From NCBI GenBank assembly GCA_964544725.1, contig CAZJDG010000004.1:1-40949 (forward strand): a stretch of 40,949 bases of DNA. The letters run 5' to 3'. A program made the translations under genes and the position numbers. Below are positions 8,427 to 18,522 of the stretch, one piece after another (position 1 is the first letter of the stretch; every line of letters starts with the position of its first letter). The stretch comes from Candidatus Woesearchaeota archaeon (GTDB taxonomy: Archaea > Nanobdellota > Nanobdellia > Pacearchaeales > GW2011-AR1). The notes beneath the pieces were generated by a model. The model worked only from the letters and a program-made list of their open reading frames with translations. It was not told where the DNA came from and searched no databases.

Positions 8427-8884
8427 AAAGTTTTTCCATTAGAAACTATATATCTTAATTTAGGATATTTAACCCATGATTTTTTATGATGAGCTTGTAG
8501 TTCGCCCCCTCTCTGACCACAATCTTGACAGGTGTAATCATCTCTCTCAAAGACTTTATTTCTCCATTTATTATATCTCCAATCTGTATAATGCTCTCTT
8601 TTCTTTCCTCCTTTCCAATTACAACCCTTACTACCTCTTTTCATCTTGCTCAATTTTTCTTTAGTCGTTTTAGAATGATGCTTACCTAACCAAATCTTAT
8701 GTCCTTTCTGAAAACCCATAATCTTACCAGAACCATACGCCTTTTTAATAGATACTTTATTTGTCCTTCCTATCCTAAATTTATGTAATTTAGTAAGCTT
8801 TCTATCTTTAGAATTAATATTACCTTTAAGAGCTTCTGATATTTTTCTCTTTGTTTCCTCTGAGCGAGGTTTACGCTTTAACAT
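8381..8884 (-). CDS. HNH homing endonuclease
   Basis: NWKGG...WRNKVFERDDYTCQDCG...LQAHH...TLCKKCH. Has its own TTGACT-16-TATAAT promoter. Confidence 0.85.
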   Translation of the reverse strand: MLKRKPRSEETKRKISEALKGNINSKDRKLTKLHKFRIGRTNKVSIKKAYGSGKIMGFQKGHKIWLGKHHSKTTKEKLSKMKRGSKGCNWKGGKKREHYTDWRYNKWRNKVFERDDYTCQDCGQRGGELQAHHKKSWVKYPKLRYIVSNGKTLCKKCHKKYRKKKRR

Positions 8885-8898
8885 AGGTTTATACTATC

Positions 8899-8926
8899 AT
8901 TATAAACCTCTACTCATAGGAGTCAA
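8899..8926 (-). promoter_or_regulatory. Sigma70-type promoter for the HNH gene (TTGACT-16-TATAAT)
   Basis: Minus strand has TTGACT at 8926..8921 and TATAAT at 8904..8899. Only 14 nt separate the -10 from ATG 8884, so the leader is very short. Confidence 0.55.
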
Positions 8927-8929
8927 GTG

Positions 8930-10450
8930 CTACTTTTTCCCTTTAAAAAATTTCGAGAAGAAACCGCCTTTTTTTTCATAATGAGGACAACTTTTATGTT
9001 TAATTTTACAAACAGGACACATAGCGTTTCTTTTTAATTTTGAAAAATCAGTCTTTGCTTCAATTTTTGCAATCTCTCTCTCTTTTATAAGTTGCTCATA
9101 TGCTTTCTCAAACAATAATATCCATTTCTTTCCAATTAATTCTCCACCCCAATGAAGCTCTGAAGCCCACCTATAAGCTCTGTCGACCATTGTTTTAGCC
9201 TTTTCGGGATTTTCTACTGCCCACTCCATCTGCTTTACTAAATCTTCAGTATTAGTCATAGGTCTAACCCTGTTATTGTCGTTAGCTAAAACAATATAAT
9301 CTTGTATAGATTCTCCACTTTTAGCTAATAACCCTCTCTCATTATTTCCAACAATTTCATTCAAAGCAGTATTATCAGGCATTATTACAAGTTTTTTTGT
9401 TGCCATTCCCTCTATTACAGACAAACCAAACCCTTCACCAAGAGAAGAAGAAATTACACAATCAATAGAATTATAAATCTCATTAACTATTTTTATTGAA
9501 TAGCCCTGCCCAGTAGTAAAATTAACAGGATTAGGAAAAGCCCACTCGTCTCCTTGAACAAACTCTAATTGTTGGGACATTGCAATTAAATCTAAACCCG
9601 AAACGTCTTTATATAAACAATGAAAATAAAAATAAACATCATCTTTACCTTTTTCTCTTCTTTTGTCTAACAGAGACTTACAAGCCTTCATACTATTGAA
9701 TAAGTCTTTTCTTGGTTGATTCCTATTCATATTCATAAAAATAAACTTATTTGCATTCTTCTTTCCAAAATATTTCAATCTTAATTTCATTCTCTCCTCA
9801 TCATTCATTTTTATTGAATAAAACTGTCTTGGATTTATTCCGTGATAAATAACATTTAACTTTGCCTTCAATAAAGTCAATTTTATTAAATTCTCCTGCT
9901 TTTCTTTTTCTTCTAATAAACTATCGTCATCAATTGTATAAATTTTTAAACATTCATCATAACCATATTTTGTATAGGCAATTGGGTAATCAGCCATTAA
10001 AACTGAATTATCAATCCATTCTTTCTTAGGAACAGCATCAATCGGAAAATAATACATCCATCTAAATTTTTTGTCAGGTGGTAGCGCTTTATTAGTTTCT
10101 ACAATCTTTTCACCTAAGTCAGCAATAATAAAAGTATCTTGAAGAATCCAAACTAAATCATAATCACCTGTTCCTAATTTATCTAAAAACGTCTGTCTGC
10201 CAAATAAATCTTGATAAAGAGGGTCAGGAACTAAAGAGTTCGAAGCTGGATAGATTCTGTAAGGAAACTTTTTTCTATCATAATAACTACCATCAAAATT
10301 TATACCAACAATATCAATTTCATATTTTCCAGTCTCATAAAGAACTCTTAATATATTTCTCGCCACCTGAGCAAAGCCAGTCGAACAAGTAGGACTGTCT
10401 GCTAATACTAAAATCTTTATCTTTTTTTCTACGCTTTTTGTTTTGTCCAT
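8930..10450 (-). CDS. GT-B fold glycosyltransferase (GT4-like) with a C-terminal zinc knuckle
   Basis: SSSLGEGFGLSVIEGMA carries the E-x7-E motif of retaining GT-B enzymes. The C-terminus has CPVCKIKHKSCPH. Confidence 0.8.
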   Translation of the reverse strand: MDKTKSVEKKIKILVLADSPTCSTGFAQVARNILRVLYETGKYEIDIVGINFDGSYYDRKKFPYRIYPASNSLVPDPLYQDLFGRQTFLDKLGTGDYDLVWILQDTFIIADLGEKIVETNKALPPDKKFRWMYYFPIDAVPKKEWIDNSVLMADYPIAYTKYGYDECLKIYTIDDDSLLEEKEKQENLIKLTLLKAKLNVIYHGINPRQFYSIKMNDEERMKLRLKYFGKKNANKFIFMNMNRNQPRKDLFNSMKACKSLLDKRREKGKDDVYFYFHCLYKDVSGLDLIAMSQQLEFVQGDEWAFPNPVNFTTGQGYSIKIVNEIYNSIDCVISSSLGEGFGLSVIEGMATKKLVIMPDNTALNEIVGNNERGLLAKSGESIQDYIVLANDNNRVRPMTNTEDLVKQMEWAVENPEKAKTMVDRAYRWASELHWGGELIGKKWILLFEKAYEQLIKEREIAKIEAKTDFSKLKRNAMCPVCKIKHKSCPHYEKKGGFFSKFFKGKK

Positions 10451-11337
10451 TTTAAATCTTTGTTTTTATCATTAAAAGGATTAATAAATTTTTCTCGACC
10501 AGGCATTCCGCCCCATTTTTGAATAAAATAACTTTGACATCTCGCAAACTCTTCATTGGAAGTAAAACCACCAGGATATCTCGGGTCTCCTTGTGTCTTT
10601 GAAGCAAAATGATAGAACAATGACTGAGGGCAACAAATCGCTTCTAATCCTGCCAACTTAATTCGATAATGCATATCATTATCTTCAAAATAAGCAGGAT
10701 GAAAACCTGTATCAAATAAACCAACTTTTTCAATTAATTTCTTGTTAATCATAAATGCTGAAAAATTAGGACTTGGACTTTCAGGGACACTATCTTTGTC
10801 TTTGTCATCTTTGCTAAATATATCATTAGGCGTCATGCACTCACCTCTCATATCAAGAGAAGTTAGCATCACCATTTTCTCATCCTTTTTTTCAAATCTT
10901 TCTACTAATCTCTTTACTGCATTTTGATGGAATAAAACATCATTATTAATAACAAAAACATAATCGTAATTTGCTTTAAATCCATATTCAATGCACTTAT
11001 TCCAGATTTTCTGAACTCCCATATTCTCACTATACAAAAAAGCATAAAAATCACTTCTTTCACTAATCAATCTCTCTGCTTCTTTTTTTGTATCATCAAC
11101 CGAACCATTGTCTGCTAATAAAACTTTCATTGAAATATGAATAGGAAGATTTTGTTTAAAAAAAGAATCTAAGCAAGGCCTTGTATAATCTTTCCACAAA
11201 TTAACTGCTGTCACTACTATTAGAACATTTGAGTCTTCAGGCTTAACAAAAACCGACCTTGCTTCTGGTTTAACAGAATAAGAATCAACTTTTACTGGAC
11301 CTGTCCCTGACATTGTTATTGTTTTAGTTTTAACCAT
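10429..11337 (-). CDS. GT-A fold glycosyltransferase (GT2-like)
   Basis: VVTAVN...LLADNGSVDDT and VFVINNDV motifs are typical of family 2 glycosyltransferases. Confidence 0.8.
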   Translation of the reverse strand: MVKTKTITMSGTGPVKVDSYSVKPEARSVFVKPEDSNVLIVVTAVNLWKDYTRPCLDSFFKQNLPIHISMKVLLADNGSVDDTKKEAERLISERSDFYAFLYSENMGVQKIWNKCIEYGFKANYDYVFVINNDVLFHQNAVKRLVERFEKKDEKMVMLTSLDMRGECMTPNDIFSKDDKDKDSVPESPSPNFSAFMINKKLIEKVGLFDTGFHPAYFEDNDMHYRIKLAGLEAICCPQSLFYHFASKTQGDPRYPGGFTSNEEFARCQSYFIQKWGGMPGREKFINPFNDKNKDLKWTKQKA

Positions 11338-11753
11338 TGTTTTTTTAATCTATCTAATAACCACGAACTCGACTGAACTTTTCCTCCACCAACACCAAAT
11401 CTCATCTCAATCCCCAACTCTTCACAAATTACTCTTTCAGGTATATTCCCAAGCGTTCTATCACCACCCTTGGCAAATATGTCTGGCTTAATAGAAGCGA
11501 GAGTCTTAATAACAGTATGGTCTTTATCAATACATTTAACAACTTTATCAATGTCTTTCATGGCTTGAATTATATCCTTTCTTTCCTGATAAGGCATAAA
11601 AATAAACCCCTTTTTGTGTTCTAAAAAATTATCTGAATTTAAAATACAAATAACTCTTCCATCCTTTCCTGCTAATTGCCTTGCACCCTTAAAATACTCA
11701 ATATGACCAAAATGAACTGGGTCAAATCCACCAGATATTACTATTGTCTTCAT
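11316..11753 (-). CDS. Sugar-phosphate nucleotidyltransferase, cytidylyltransferase fold (RfaE domain II / HldC-like)
   Basis: ISGGFDPVHFGHIEYF (HxGH motif), then KGGDRTLGNIPE and a SSS segment, matching the layout of heptose-1-phosphate adenylyltransferases. Confidence 0.7.
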   Translation of the reverse strand: MKTIVISGGFDPVHFGHIEYFKGARQLAGKDGRVICILNSDNFLEHKKGFIFMPYQERKDIIQAMKDIDKVVKCIDKDHTVIKTLASIKPDIFAKGGDRTLGNIPERVICEELGIEMRFGVGGGKVQSSSWLLDRLKKQWLKLKQ

Positions 11754-12301
11754 TTTTTTTGTCCGATTATATACAAATACTGTAATCGACCTTTACTATA
11801 AAATGCTTTAGTTTCAAGAATATGACAAAAATAACGAACCCACTCAAGTCCATTATAAAAACCTGATATTCTTCTTCCTACATCTCTATCTTTCCCATAT
11901 CTTAAAAACCCATTACCAGGCAAACCACAAACAAGAATCCCATCTTTTTTCAAAATTCTTCTCATTCCTTTAAATGCTTCTATTATAACACCCTCTCTTT
12001 CGCTAACATATAAATCATCAACCATTTTTATATACCCTTTTATCTGTTCAAAAACACCATTAAAAATAACCATATCAAATTCATCATTCTTAAATTTCGA
12101 ACAGGTAATATCGTCAACAACATCTGGTTCTAATTTTTCATCAATGTCAGAAATAATATATTCTGAATTTTTAAAATCAACTTTGTAATTCCAAAAACCT
12201 GATTTACCAACATCTAAAACTTTTCCTCCTTTCGGAATCATATCTTCTAAACGAGGAATAATTACTTGATTCAAAAATTCCCTCCATTTACTGACCTTCA
12301 T
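11750..12301 (-). CDS. Class I SAM-dependent methyltransferase
   Basis: GGKVLDVGKSG motif I, then an acidic post-I residue and LKKDGILV. ATGA-type overlaps on both sides. Confidence 0.65.
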   Translation of the reverse strand: MKVSKWREFLNQVIIPRLEDMIPKGGKVLDVGKSGFWNYKVDFKNSEYIISDIDEKLEPDVVDDITCSKFKNDEFDMVIFNGVFEQIKGYIKMVDDLYVSEREGVIIEAFKGMRRILKKDGILVCGLPGNGFLRYGKDRDVGRRISGFYNGLEWVRYFCHILETKAFYSKGRLQYLYIIGQKK

Positions 12302-13281
12302 AAATTTTTTTGTATCTCTGAATACTTAAATGTTATATGATTCTTTTGACCTTTAAGGATTTTAATTAAATCCTCACACCTATTTTTCCAAGTATGATGT
12401 GCTTGAACATACTTAAACGCTTCTCTTCTTATTTTATCTCTCATATCTTTTCTTGACATAAAAAATTTATATAGTTTAATCGCCTCTTCAATAGTATTAA
12501 AATAAACCAAATGTTTGCCTTGTATCAAAATCTCATCTAATCCTTTCGACCTATGAGCCAAACAGAAAGCACCAGTGCCAGTAATAATAAAAGGTCTGTC
12601 TGAACTAAAATGCTTAATATGGTCAACATAATCATAACTTAAACAAATTTTTGAAGAAGCATACACTGGAACATTCATCTTTTGACTGTTTTTACCATAT
12701 GCTTTAGGTTCACAAAAAACCTTTAAAGGCAATCCTGCTTCTTTCAATTTCTCAACACATTTTACTCTTCCTGGATATTGAACAAGATTCATTGACCCAA
12801 AAAAGACAAACTCATTAGAAAAATTACGCTGAAAATAAGGAAGTGAATGATGAGTAAAACTGGCATAAGGAAAAACAATGCATTTTTCTCTCTCTACCTT
12901 CCACAATTTTGCGTGTTCATCTAATTGATAGTCTTGATTAAAAACAATCAAATCAACAAAGTTTAAATCCACCTTTGGTCTTTCAGATACATCTTTATAG
13001 TCTCCTTCTTGATAAACAAACTTAAAATTTAATCTTCCTTTTAACTCACGCATCACTTCAAGAACTCTCTCAACATCGTGATTATGTCCATCAATCAAAC
13101 ACTGACTAAAAACCAAATCAGGTTTTAACATAAAAATCTTTTGTTTTGTTTGTGAAATAGTGTTTTTAACTAATTCAACATTAAAAAAATCGTGTCCTAA
13201 TTTTCTAAAACCTTGCTTGATTCCTTTTGTAATGCTCTTATATGGCTCACTCAAATACTGACCTAATCCAACTACTATCAT
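12298..13281 (-). CDS. CgeB-like / GT-B family glycosyltransferase
   Basis: The C-terminal segment (LVYFNTIEEAIKLYKFF...RDKIRREAFKYVQAHHTWKNR) resembles the CgeB-type glycosyltransferase group 1 domain. Confidence 0.55.
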   Translation of the reverse strand: MIVVGLGQYLSEPYKSITKGIKQGFRKLGHDFFNVELVKNTISQTKQKIFMLKPDLVFSQCLIDGHNHDVERVLEVMRELKGRLNFKFVYQEGDYKDVSERPKVDLNFVDLIVFNQDYQLDEHAKLWKVEREKCIVFPYASFTHHSLPYFQRNFSNEFVFFGSMNLVQYPGRVKCVEKLKEAGLPLKVFCEPKAYGKNSQKMNVPVYASSKICLSYDYVDHIKHFSSDRPFIITGTGAFCLAHRSKGLDEILIQGKHLVYFNTIEEAIKLYKFFMSRKDMRDKIRREAFKYVQAHHTWKNRCEDLIKILKGQKNHITFKYSEIQKNL

Positions 13282-13823
13282 AATGATTTAGCAAATAACG
13301 TATTACCTATTATTTTGTGAACAACCTCTCCTTTTAAAAAACTTAAAAGTTCTTCTTTCGTATATTCCTTAATATGTAATTTTGGTTGAATAGTATTAAC
13401 TAATACCAAATGACCACTTTCTTTTAAAACCCGATAACATTCATCTATCGCTTTCTTAGGGTTTTCAAAATGGTCAAATGTAGAAATGATATAAACTATA
13501 TCAAAAAAATCATCTGGAAAAGGCATCTCTTCAGCAAACCCTACTCTCACCTTTTCGATTCCCTTATCAATTGGGTCTAATCCATAATAATCAACTCCAA
13601 TATCGCCTTTAATAAATTCCTTAAATCTACAATCATAACAACCAACATCTAAAATCTTTCCGAAAGCAGGTTGAAATTCAAGTGTATATTTAAAAATATC
13701 CTTTGTCCCAAAATCATTAAAAACATTATCTTCATAACCTTTAATCATCCTATTTTGCATTTTAATCCACTTAGGACTTTGTTGCTTTCCCAATGAGCTT
13801 GTATTTTTCTTTCCATTCTTCAT
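13278..13823 (-). CDS. Class I SAM-dependent methyltransferase
   Basis: KILDVGCYDC motif I and FDIVYIISTFDHFENP...LKESGHLVLV. The start is probably the internal MQNRMIKGY, which removes the 53-nt overlap. Confidence 0.7.
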   Translation of the reverse strand: MKNGKKNTSSLGKQQSPKWIKMQNRMIKGYEDNVFNDFGTKDIFKYTLEFQPAFGKILDVGCYDCRFKEFIKGDIGVDYYGLDPIDKGIEKVRVGFAEEMPFPDDFFDIVYIISTFDHFENPKKAIDECYRVLKESGHLVLVNTIQPKLHIKEYTKEELLSFLKGEVVHKIIGNTLFAKSL

Positions 13824-14313
13824 ATGCCTTCATATGTTCATTAAATTTAATATCCTTAAAACCGAACCTTTTTAATAAAAGAATTAAGTATTGCTCATTA
13901 AACAATGTTTTATGTAATCTTGCTTCTATTTCTTTCCTATCTTTATAATTTAATTTCAAGTCTTTTTGTCCATAAACATTATTCCAAAGAGAATCAACAT
14001 CACTTCTTTTTTCATTATCCCAATAATAACCAGCAAGTAATAAAGCACATTCCATTCCATTAGGAGTTCCAAATCTAAACACCCCACCTCTTTTTAAAAT
14101 CCTATAAATTTCGTGAAAAACTATCACCATATTAACTTGGTCAAAATGCTCTAAAAATTCTGTGCAACTGACTTCATCAATACTACTATCTTCAAATGGC
14201 AATCCAACCAAAATATCAGCAACAATATCAGGATTCACTTTTTCTCTATTGTCAACATTTATATAATCCTCTAACTTGTAATCTCCACACCCTAAATTTA
14301 CTTTCTTAAACAT
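13771..14313 (-). CDS. Class I SAM-dependent methyltransferase
   Basis: VNLGCGDYKLEDYINVD, FEDSSIDEVSCTEFLEHF and LKRGGVFRF form a Methyltransf_11-like pattern. Confidence 0.7.
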   Translation of the reverse strand: MFKKVNLGCGDYKLEDYINVDNREKVNPDIVADILVGLPFEDSSIDEVSCTEFLEHFDQVNMVIVFHEIYRILKRGGVFRFGTPNGMECALLLAGYYWDNEKRSDVDSLWNNVYGQKDLKLNYKDRKEIEARLHKTLFNEQYLILLLKRFGFKDIKFNEHMKAYEEWKEKYKLIGKATKS

Positions 14314-15131
14314 TTTATATAAATTTCTCTGTATTGTTTAGTTATTTCTTTCCAACTATATTTCTCTAAAATCTGTTTTCTCGCGTAAACCTTTCGAATT
14401 CCTTTCATTAGGCCCTCTACGCTTCTCTCTACCAAGACAACACCATCTAATTCATCTGCTATCCCAGTGTTTGTCGAAATCACTGGTATATTCATCGCCA
14501 GCGCTTCTAAGGTAGGATTATGACAACCCTCACCTAAACTCGCTATTACTAAACAATCAAACTCACTATAAATCTCAGGCATTTTATGGTGAGGAACTAT
14601 TTTATGAGGATACCTATTACCATCGTGTAAAAAATTAACTCCCAGTCTCTTACACGCTTCTTCTATTAAATGAAATCCTTTATATTCATCTCTAATGCCA
14701 ACAAAACCAACATTGAAAGCATAATTAGGTTTAAAGACTCTTTCATCAACACCATTAGGAATATAGACCGACCCTTTAACTAATTTCTGAAGCTTCTTGC
14801 TGAAAGCAATAACTGCCGCAGAATTCTTATAAATAAAATCCATAACTTCTTTCTTGTCCCACCATTCTTCAATTGACCTATGACTTGCAACAGAAGTTAT
14901 AATCTTATTAGGGTTCTTTTTAAAAATATCGTAAAAAATAGACAAGCCTCCACTGTAAAGAATATGAACTATATCATACTGCTTCAATAATTCATCAGCA
15001 TTATTTTTAAACTCTAAATTGGTCACTATACTGACTTCATCTTGAATCAATCTCTTTTTTAAGTTCTCTGCTCTATGAGAAGTTGCCCAGCTTTTATCAT
15101 CATATTTAACTAATAAAATTTTAAGACTCAT
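14298..15131 (-). CDS. GT-B fold glycosyltransferase (GT4-like)
   Basis: ASLGEGCHNPTLEALAMNIPVIST carries the E-x7-E motif. Confidence 0.8.
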   Translation of the reverse strand: MSLKILLVKYDDKSWATSHRAENLKKRLIQDEVSIVTNLEFKNNADELLKQYDIVHILYSGGLSIFYDIFKKNPNKIITSVASHRSIEEWWDKKEVMDFIYKNSAAVIAFSKKLQKLVKGSVYIPNGVDERVFKPNYAFNVGFVGIRDEYKGFHLIEEACKRLGVNFLHDGNRYPHKIVPHHKMPEIYSEFDCLVIASLGEGCHNPTLEALAMNIPVISTNTGIADELDGVVLVERSVEGLMKGIRKVYARKQILEKYSWKEITKQYREIYIKCLRK

Positions 15132-15285
15132 ATTTTTTAAATCTCTTTACATAATTAAAAACTGAATGCCTATCTATTCCTAAAAGTCTTGCTATTTCAT
15201 TTTTATAACAACCTGCTTTATACTGCTCTTGTATTTCTTCTATTAAGACTTTTGGTAATTTAAACCATCTTCTTTCTTTTTTCAT
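15121..15285 (-). CDS. 54-aa helix-turn-helix protein (Hin/resolvase-type HTH), not in the ORF track
   Basis: My translation is MKKERRWFKLPKVLIEEIQEQYKAGCYKNEIARLLGIDRHSVFNYVKRFKKYES. Its ATG overlaps the upstream stop (ATGA at 15282..15285) and its last 11 nt overlap the next start. Confidence 0.55.
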   Translation of the reverse strand: MKKERRWFKLPKVLIEEIQEQYKAGCYKNEIARLLGIDRHSVFNYVKRFKKYES

Positions 15286-15815
15286 AATGAAGTTATTTCA
15301 CCAAATTTAGGTAATACTACATGAAGCTTATCATTTTCAAATCTGTAAGCACTCCACCAATGGAAACTCACAACATCATTCCCTTCCCACTCACCCTGAG
15401 AAACATTACAAAACTTCAATCCTAACTCTTTACATACACTTCTTATTACTTCTGACTCTCTATTCCAAGGAGCAAAGAAAGTGTCAATCCTTTTATTCGC
15501 AGGAAAATCTTCATACTTTTTCTGATACATTCTTGTTAAATTCTCTTTATAGTAATCAAGCGCTTTCTTTAAATCATAATAAACCTCATCTCTTGGCATC
15601 TTGCTATAATCTTTATGCTCCCACCCATGAAGCCCAACAGCAATATTAGGCTCTGAAGCAATGTATTTCCAAATAGCATAATTCTCTCTAAAATCTTTCA
15701 TTAAAATAGCAATCGTGTGAGTCTTATCGACCTTTTTAAAAACCTCATTGATTTGGCGAAAAAGCCAAAAATCAGTATGAACATTTACGTCATCGTCACG
15801 GTATATTGTATTCAT
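15282..15815 (-). CDS. Polysaccharide deacetylase-like (NodB-type) protein
   Basis: RDDDVN near the N-terminus and GLHGWEH resemble the Asp and His motifs of carbohydrate esterase 4 enzymes. Confidence 0.5.
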   Translation of the reverse strand: MNTIYRDDDVNVHTDFWLFRQINEVFKKVDKTHTIAILMKDFRENYAIWKYIASEPNIAVGLHGWEHKDYSKMPRDEVYYDLKKALDYYKENLTRMYQKKYEDFPANKRIDTFFAPWNRESEVIRSVCKELGLKFCNVSQGEWEGNDVVSFHWWSAYRFENDKLHVVLPKFGEITSL

Positions 15816-16750
15816 TTTAAAATGTCTTCATATATTTTTTTAATCTTTTTACAAACAGCTTCCCAAGTGAAATCATTAGAGTTAAGCCAGTTCGACAAAT
15901 CCTGACTATACCCTTTATCCCATTGTTTTGTTATTTTTGCCTTAATGTCATTCATATCCTTAATATTTGCTATTTCAATATGAGGTAAATCTTTTCCTCC
16001 TAATGCTAAATTTGTATAAACTATATTACAACCTGAAGCACCTGCCTCTAATAAAGTATAACTAAATACTTCCCAGTTAGATAAAGAACAAAAAACTCTT
16101 GCGTGTCCATAAAGATAAGGCATCGTCTCTCTCGGCACTTCACCAATACAGATAACTTGTGGATTCACTTTCTTGATTTTTTCAACAAGACCACTCTCGA
16201 ATTTAGGACCAACAATAAGTAAAGGATAACCTAACTCTTTACACGCCTGTGCTAATAAAAGAAATCCTTTACCGCTCATCATTCTACCTGCTCCCATTAC
16301 ATAATTTCTATCAGTCAGTCCAATAACATCATAAAACATCTTATCAATTCCATTTGGAATAATGTGAAATTTCTTATCATCTCTAAAGCTGATTCTCTCG
16401 CCAATCAAATTCTTTTCTGCTTCTGACATACAAATAATTGCAGAAGCATCTTTACACAATTCATTCTGCTCCTGAGAAGTGAATTGAGGGCATTCAACTG
16501 GATGGAAAATAGAATTTACAACAATCTTCTTTCCATATATCTTTGCATTTTGCCAATGCCCCTTTGTCCAAGTCATTGAAAGATGAACTAAATGAACTAT
16601 ATCAACATTCTTTGCCTCTTCTTCATTAATTCTATGAGAAAACCTAACATCAACACCCAGTTCTCTCAAACCTTCAATTATCTTTTGTATTTTAATAGCA
16701 TCACCTCCCATCCAACTGGAGGGGTCTCTATTTTGAAATAAAACTTTCAT
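15812..16750 (-). CDS. GT-B fold glycosyltransferase (GT4-like)
   Basis: SNWEVFSYTLLEAGASGCNIVYT carries the E-x7-E motif. ATGA overlap with the downstream gene. Confidence 0.8.
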   Translation of the reverse strand: MKVLFQNRDPSSWMGGDAIKIQKIIEGLRELGVDVRFSHRINEEEAKNVDIVHLVHLSMTWTKGHWQNAKIYGKKIVVNSIFHPVECPQFTSQEQNELCKDASAIICMSEAEKNLIGERISFRDDKKFHIIPNGIDKMFYDVIGLTDRNYVMGAGRMMSGKGFLLLAQACKELGYPLLIVGPKFESGLVEKIKKVNPQVICIGEVPRETMPYLYGHARVFCSLSNWEVFSYTLLEAGASGCNIVYTNLALGGKDLPHIEIANIKDMNDIKAKITKQWDKGYSQDLSNWLNSNDFTWEAVCKKIKKIYEDILK

Positions 16751-16756
16751 AAATTT

Positions 16757-16948
16757 TTAATAACTAAAAGAAGGATAAGTTAAGCTAACTGCTTTACTTT
16801 CACACTTAGGACACACTAAACTCCGTCTATTAACTTCTCTATTTCCAACCTCTCGTTCTTCAGTCCAAACATTCAAACACCCTCTACATCTAAACTCAAT
16901 CATTATTGTCTTTGGTTCAAGACCCTTTTTTATCTTTATTCTTCTCAT
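16757..16948 (-). CDS. Zinc-ribbon protein
   Basis: 63 aa with CRGC...CPKC. Confidence 0.5.
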   Translation of the reverse strand: MRRIKIKKGLEPKTIMIEFRCRGCLNVWTEEREVGNREVNRRSLVCPKCESKAVSLTYPSFSY

Positions 16949-17189
16949 ACTCGTCTATTGATTCATCTGCTTTCTTAATTATCCCTTCGCTATAAACTAT
17001 CTCTTTGTTCAAATTAGAAATAACACCATCTGCTCTCATATCTTTATTTGTTATTTTTTCTTTAGTCCAAAAAGCAATTTCCAATTCTTTATTAACGATA
17101 TTCTGAATTTCTTTTAATCTTCTTGACACTACTGTATCAAACTCTATTTTATTTCTTTGTTTATTTGACAATGACATAATTTTGACCAA
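16917..17189 (-). CDS. Hypothetical protein (coiled-coil character)
   Basis: 90 aa, overlaps both neighbours within the operon. Confidence 0.45.
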   Translation of the reverse strand: MVKIMSLSNKQRNKIEFDTVVSRRLKEIQNIVNKELEIAFWTKEKITNKDMRADGVISNLNKEIVYSEGIIKKADESIDEYEKNKDKKGS

Positions 17190-18123
17190 CCTTAAGAGGA
17201 ATAAATTTTTTCTCGTATTTATACTCTTTCAAAAATATCCTCTCTGCTTCTCTGTAAATAACTTCGTCCCAGCCTTTAGGAACTTTATTAAAGGCAGGAC
17301 CCGTGCTATCGCTTACCCAATCTTTATTCTTCTCGGCCCAATCTTCAGGCTTCTCAATCCCTAAATGCTTCTTTGACCACTCTTCTGAAACACTATGATG
17401 TTTCTTTTCAGCGTTTACAGTCTGTCCTGATATATGGTCGCACTCAATTCCCATTACACCTACTCTAAACCCTTTTTCCAATACCTGACAAGACATCAAT
17501 CTATCGTAAAAATGATGAAGAGGAAAATTCTCTCTAAATCCTATTTGAAACAAACATTGTCTCTTAAATATCATCGAGCAACCATCAACCAATGCGCCCG
17601 GTTGTAAATCAGTAATCCTTTTTCCGTGAATCTCTGCTTTCGAACCTTTCCAATCTTTCACCTGCCGACCTTGAAAATTAGACATTGTTCCCATTCCTCT
17701 ACCACTCCAATTATCTATTTCATTTGACCCGATAAAGCCAATCAATCCTAATTTCGGGTCTTTCTCAAATTCAGCGATAACTCTCTTATCCCATCCTTTC
17801 TCGTAAATAAAAAAATCACTATGAAAGTAAGCAATAACTTGCCCTTTAGCGATTTTAAATGCCTGCTCATAAATAGGATAACAACCTATATTATGGTCAT
17901 TAGACATAACTTTTAGTTCTTGAAGCTTTCTTGCTTCTTTCCAGTCTATTCCTATACTATTCAAAACGTCTTTTATTTTCTGTCCACCCTCATCACTATC
18001 ATTGTCAATAATAATAAATTCAGTCTCAGCAGAATTCTCTAAGTTCTTAACCATCATATTCAAACTCTCGACAAACAAACGGTATTGGTTTAACACAGGA
18101 ACGACTATTGTTAGTTTTGTCAT
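17161..18123 (-). CDS. GT-A fold glycosyltransferase (GT2-like)
   Basis: TIVVPVLNQ...FIIIDNDSDEG and AYFHSDFF motifs. Confidence 0.8.
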   Translation of the reverse strand: MTKLTIVVPVLNQYRLFVESLNMMVKNLENSAETEFIIIDNDSDEGGQKIKDVLNSIGIDWKEARKLQELKVMSNDHNIGCYPIYEQAFKIAKGQVIAYFHSDFFIYEKGWDKRVIAEFEKDPKLGLIGFIGSNEIDNWSGRGMGTMSNFQGRQVKDWKGSKAEIHGKRITDLQPGALVDGCSMIFKRQCLFQIGFRENFPLHHFYDRLMSCQVLEKGFRVGVMGIECDHISGQTVNAEKKHHSVSEEWSKKHLGIEKPEDWAEKNKDWVSDSTGPAFNKVPKGWDEVIYREAERIFLKEYKYEKKFIPLKVGQNYVIVK

Positions 18124-18124
18124 T

Positions 18125-18406
18125 TTATTTTTTAGTCTCTGCGAAAAATTCTTTTGTTAAATTATTACACTTCTTACAATGGTCAAGAATTTTAAACACT
18201 ACGCTTTTAAATCTCATTAACTCATAAGGAGTTCCTTTTAAAGCAATTTTAAGAAGTTCTTTAATTTCTTCAGGAGTTCTCTCATATGCCACACCACATT
18301 TAATAACTTCATCTTCTCCAATCTGCTCACCGCATTTATCACATTTATATAATCTCATAATTCTGAATGGAAGTCGGTTAGTTACATAATCGCAACAAAC
18401 CAGCAC
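18125..18406 (-). CDS. Zinc-ribbon protein
   Basis: CDKCGEQ...CKKC. The track start is GTG; the more likely ATG is at 18358 (MRLYKCDKCG). Confidence 0.5.
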   Translation of the reverse strand: MLVCCDYVTNRLPFRIMRLYKCDKCGEQIGEDEVIKCGVAYERTPEEIKELLKIALKGTPYELMRFKSVVFKILDHCKKCNNLTKEFFAETKK

Positions 18407-18522
18407 CCATTTTTATCTAATCTTATTATCCTCGACCTTTTAATGACTCAACCTTGGACTAAATTAGCACTCAAAGTCTAACTTATCGACCTTGAAAATA
18501 GTCCAAGATTCAAACATTAATC

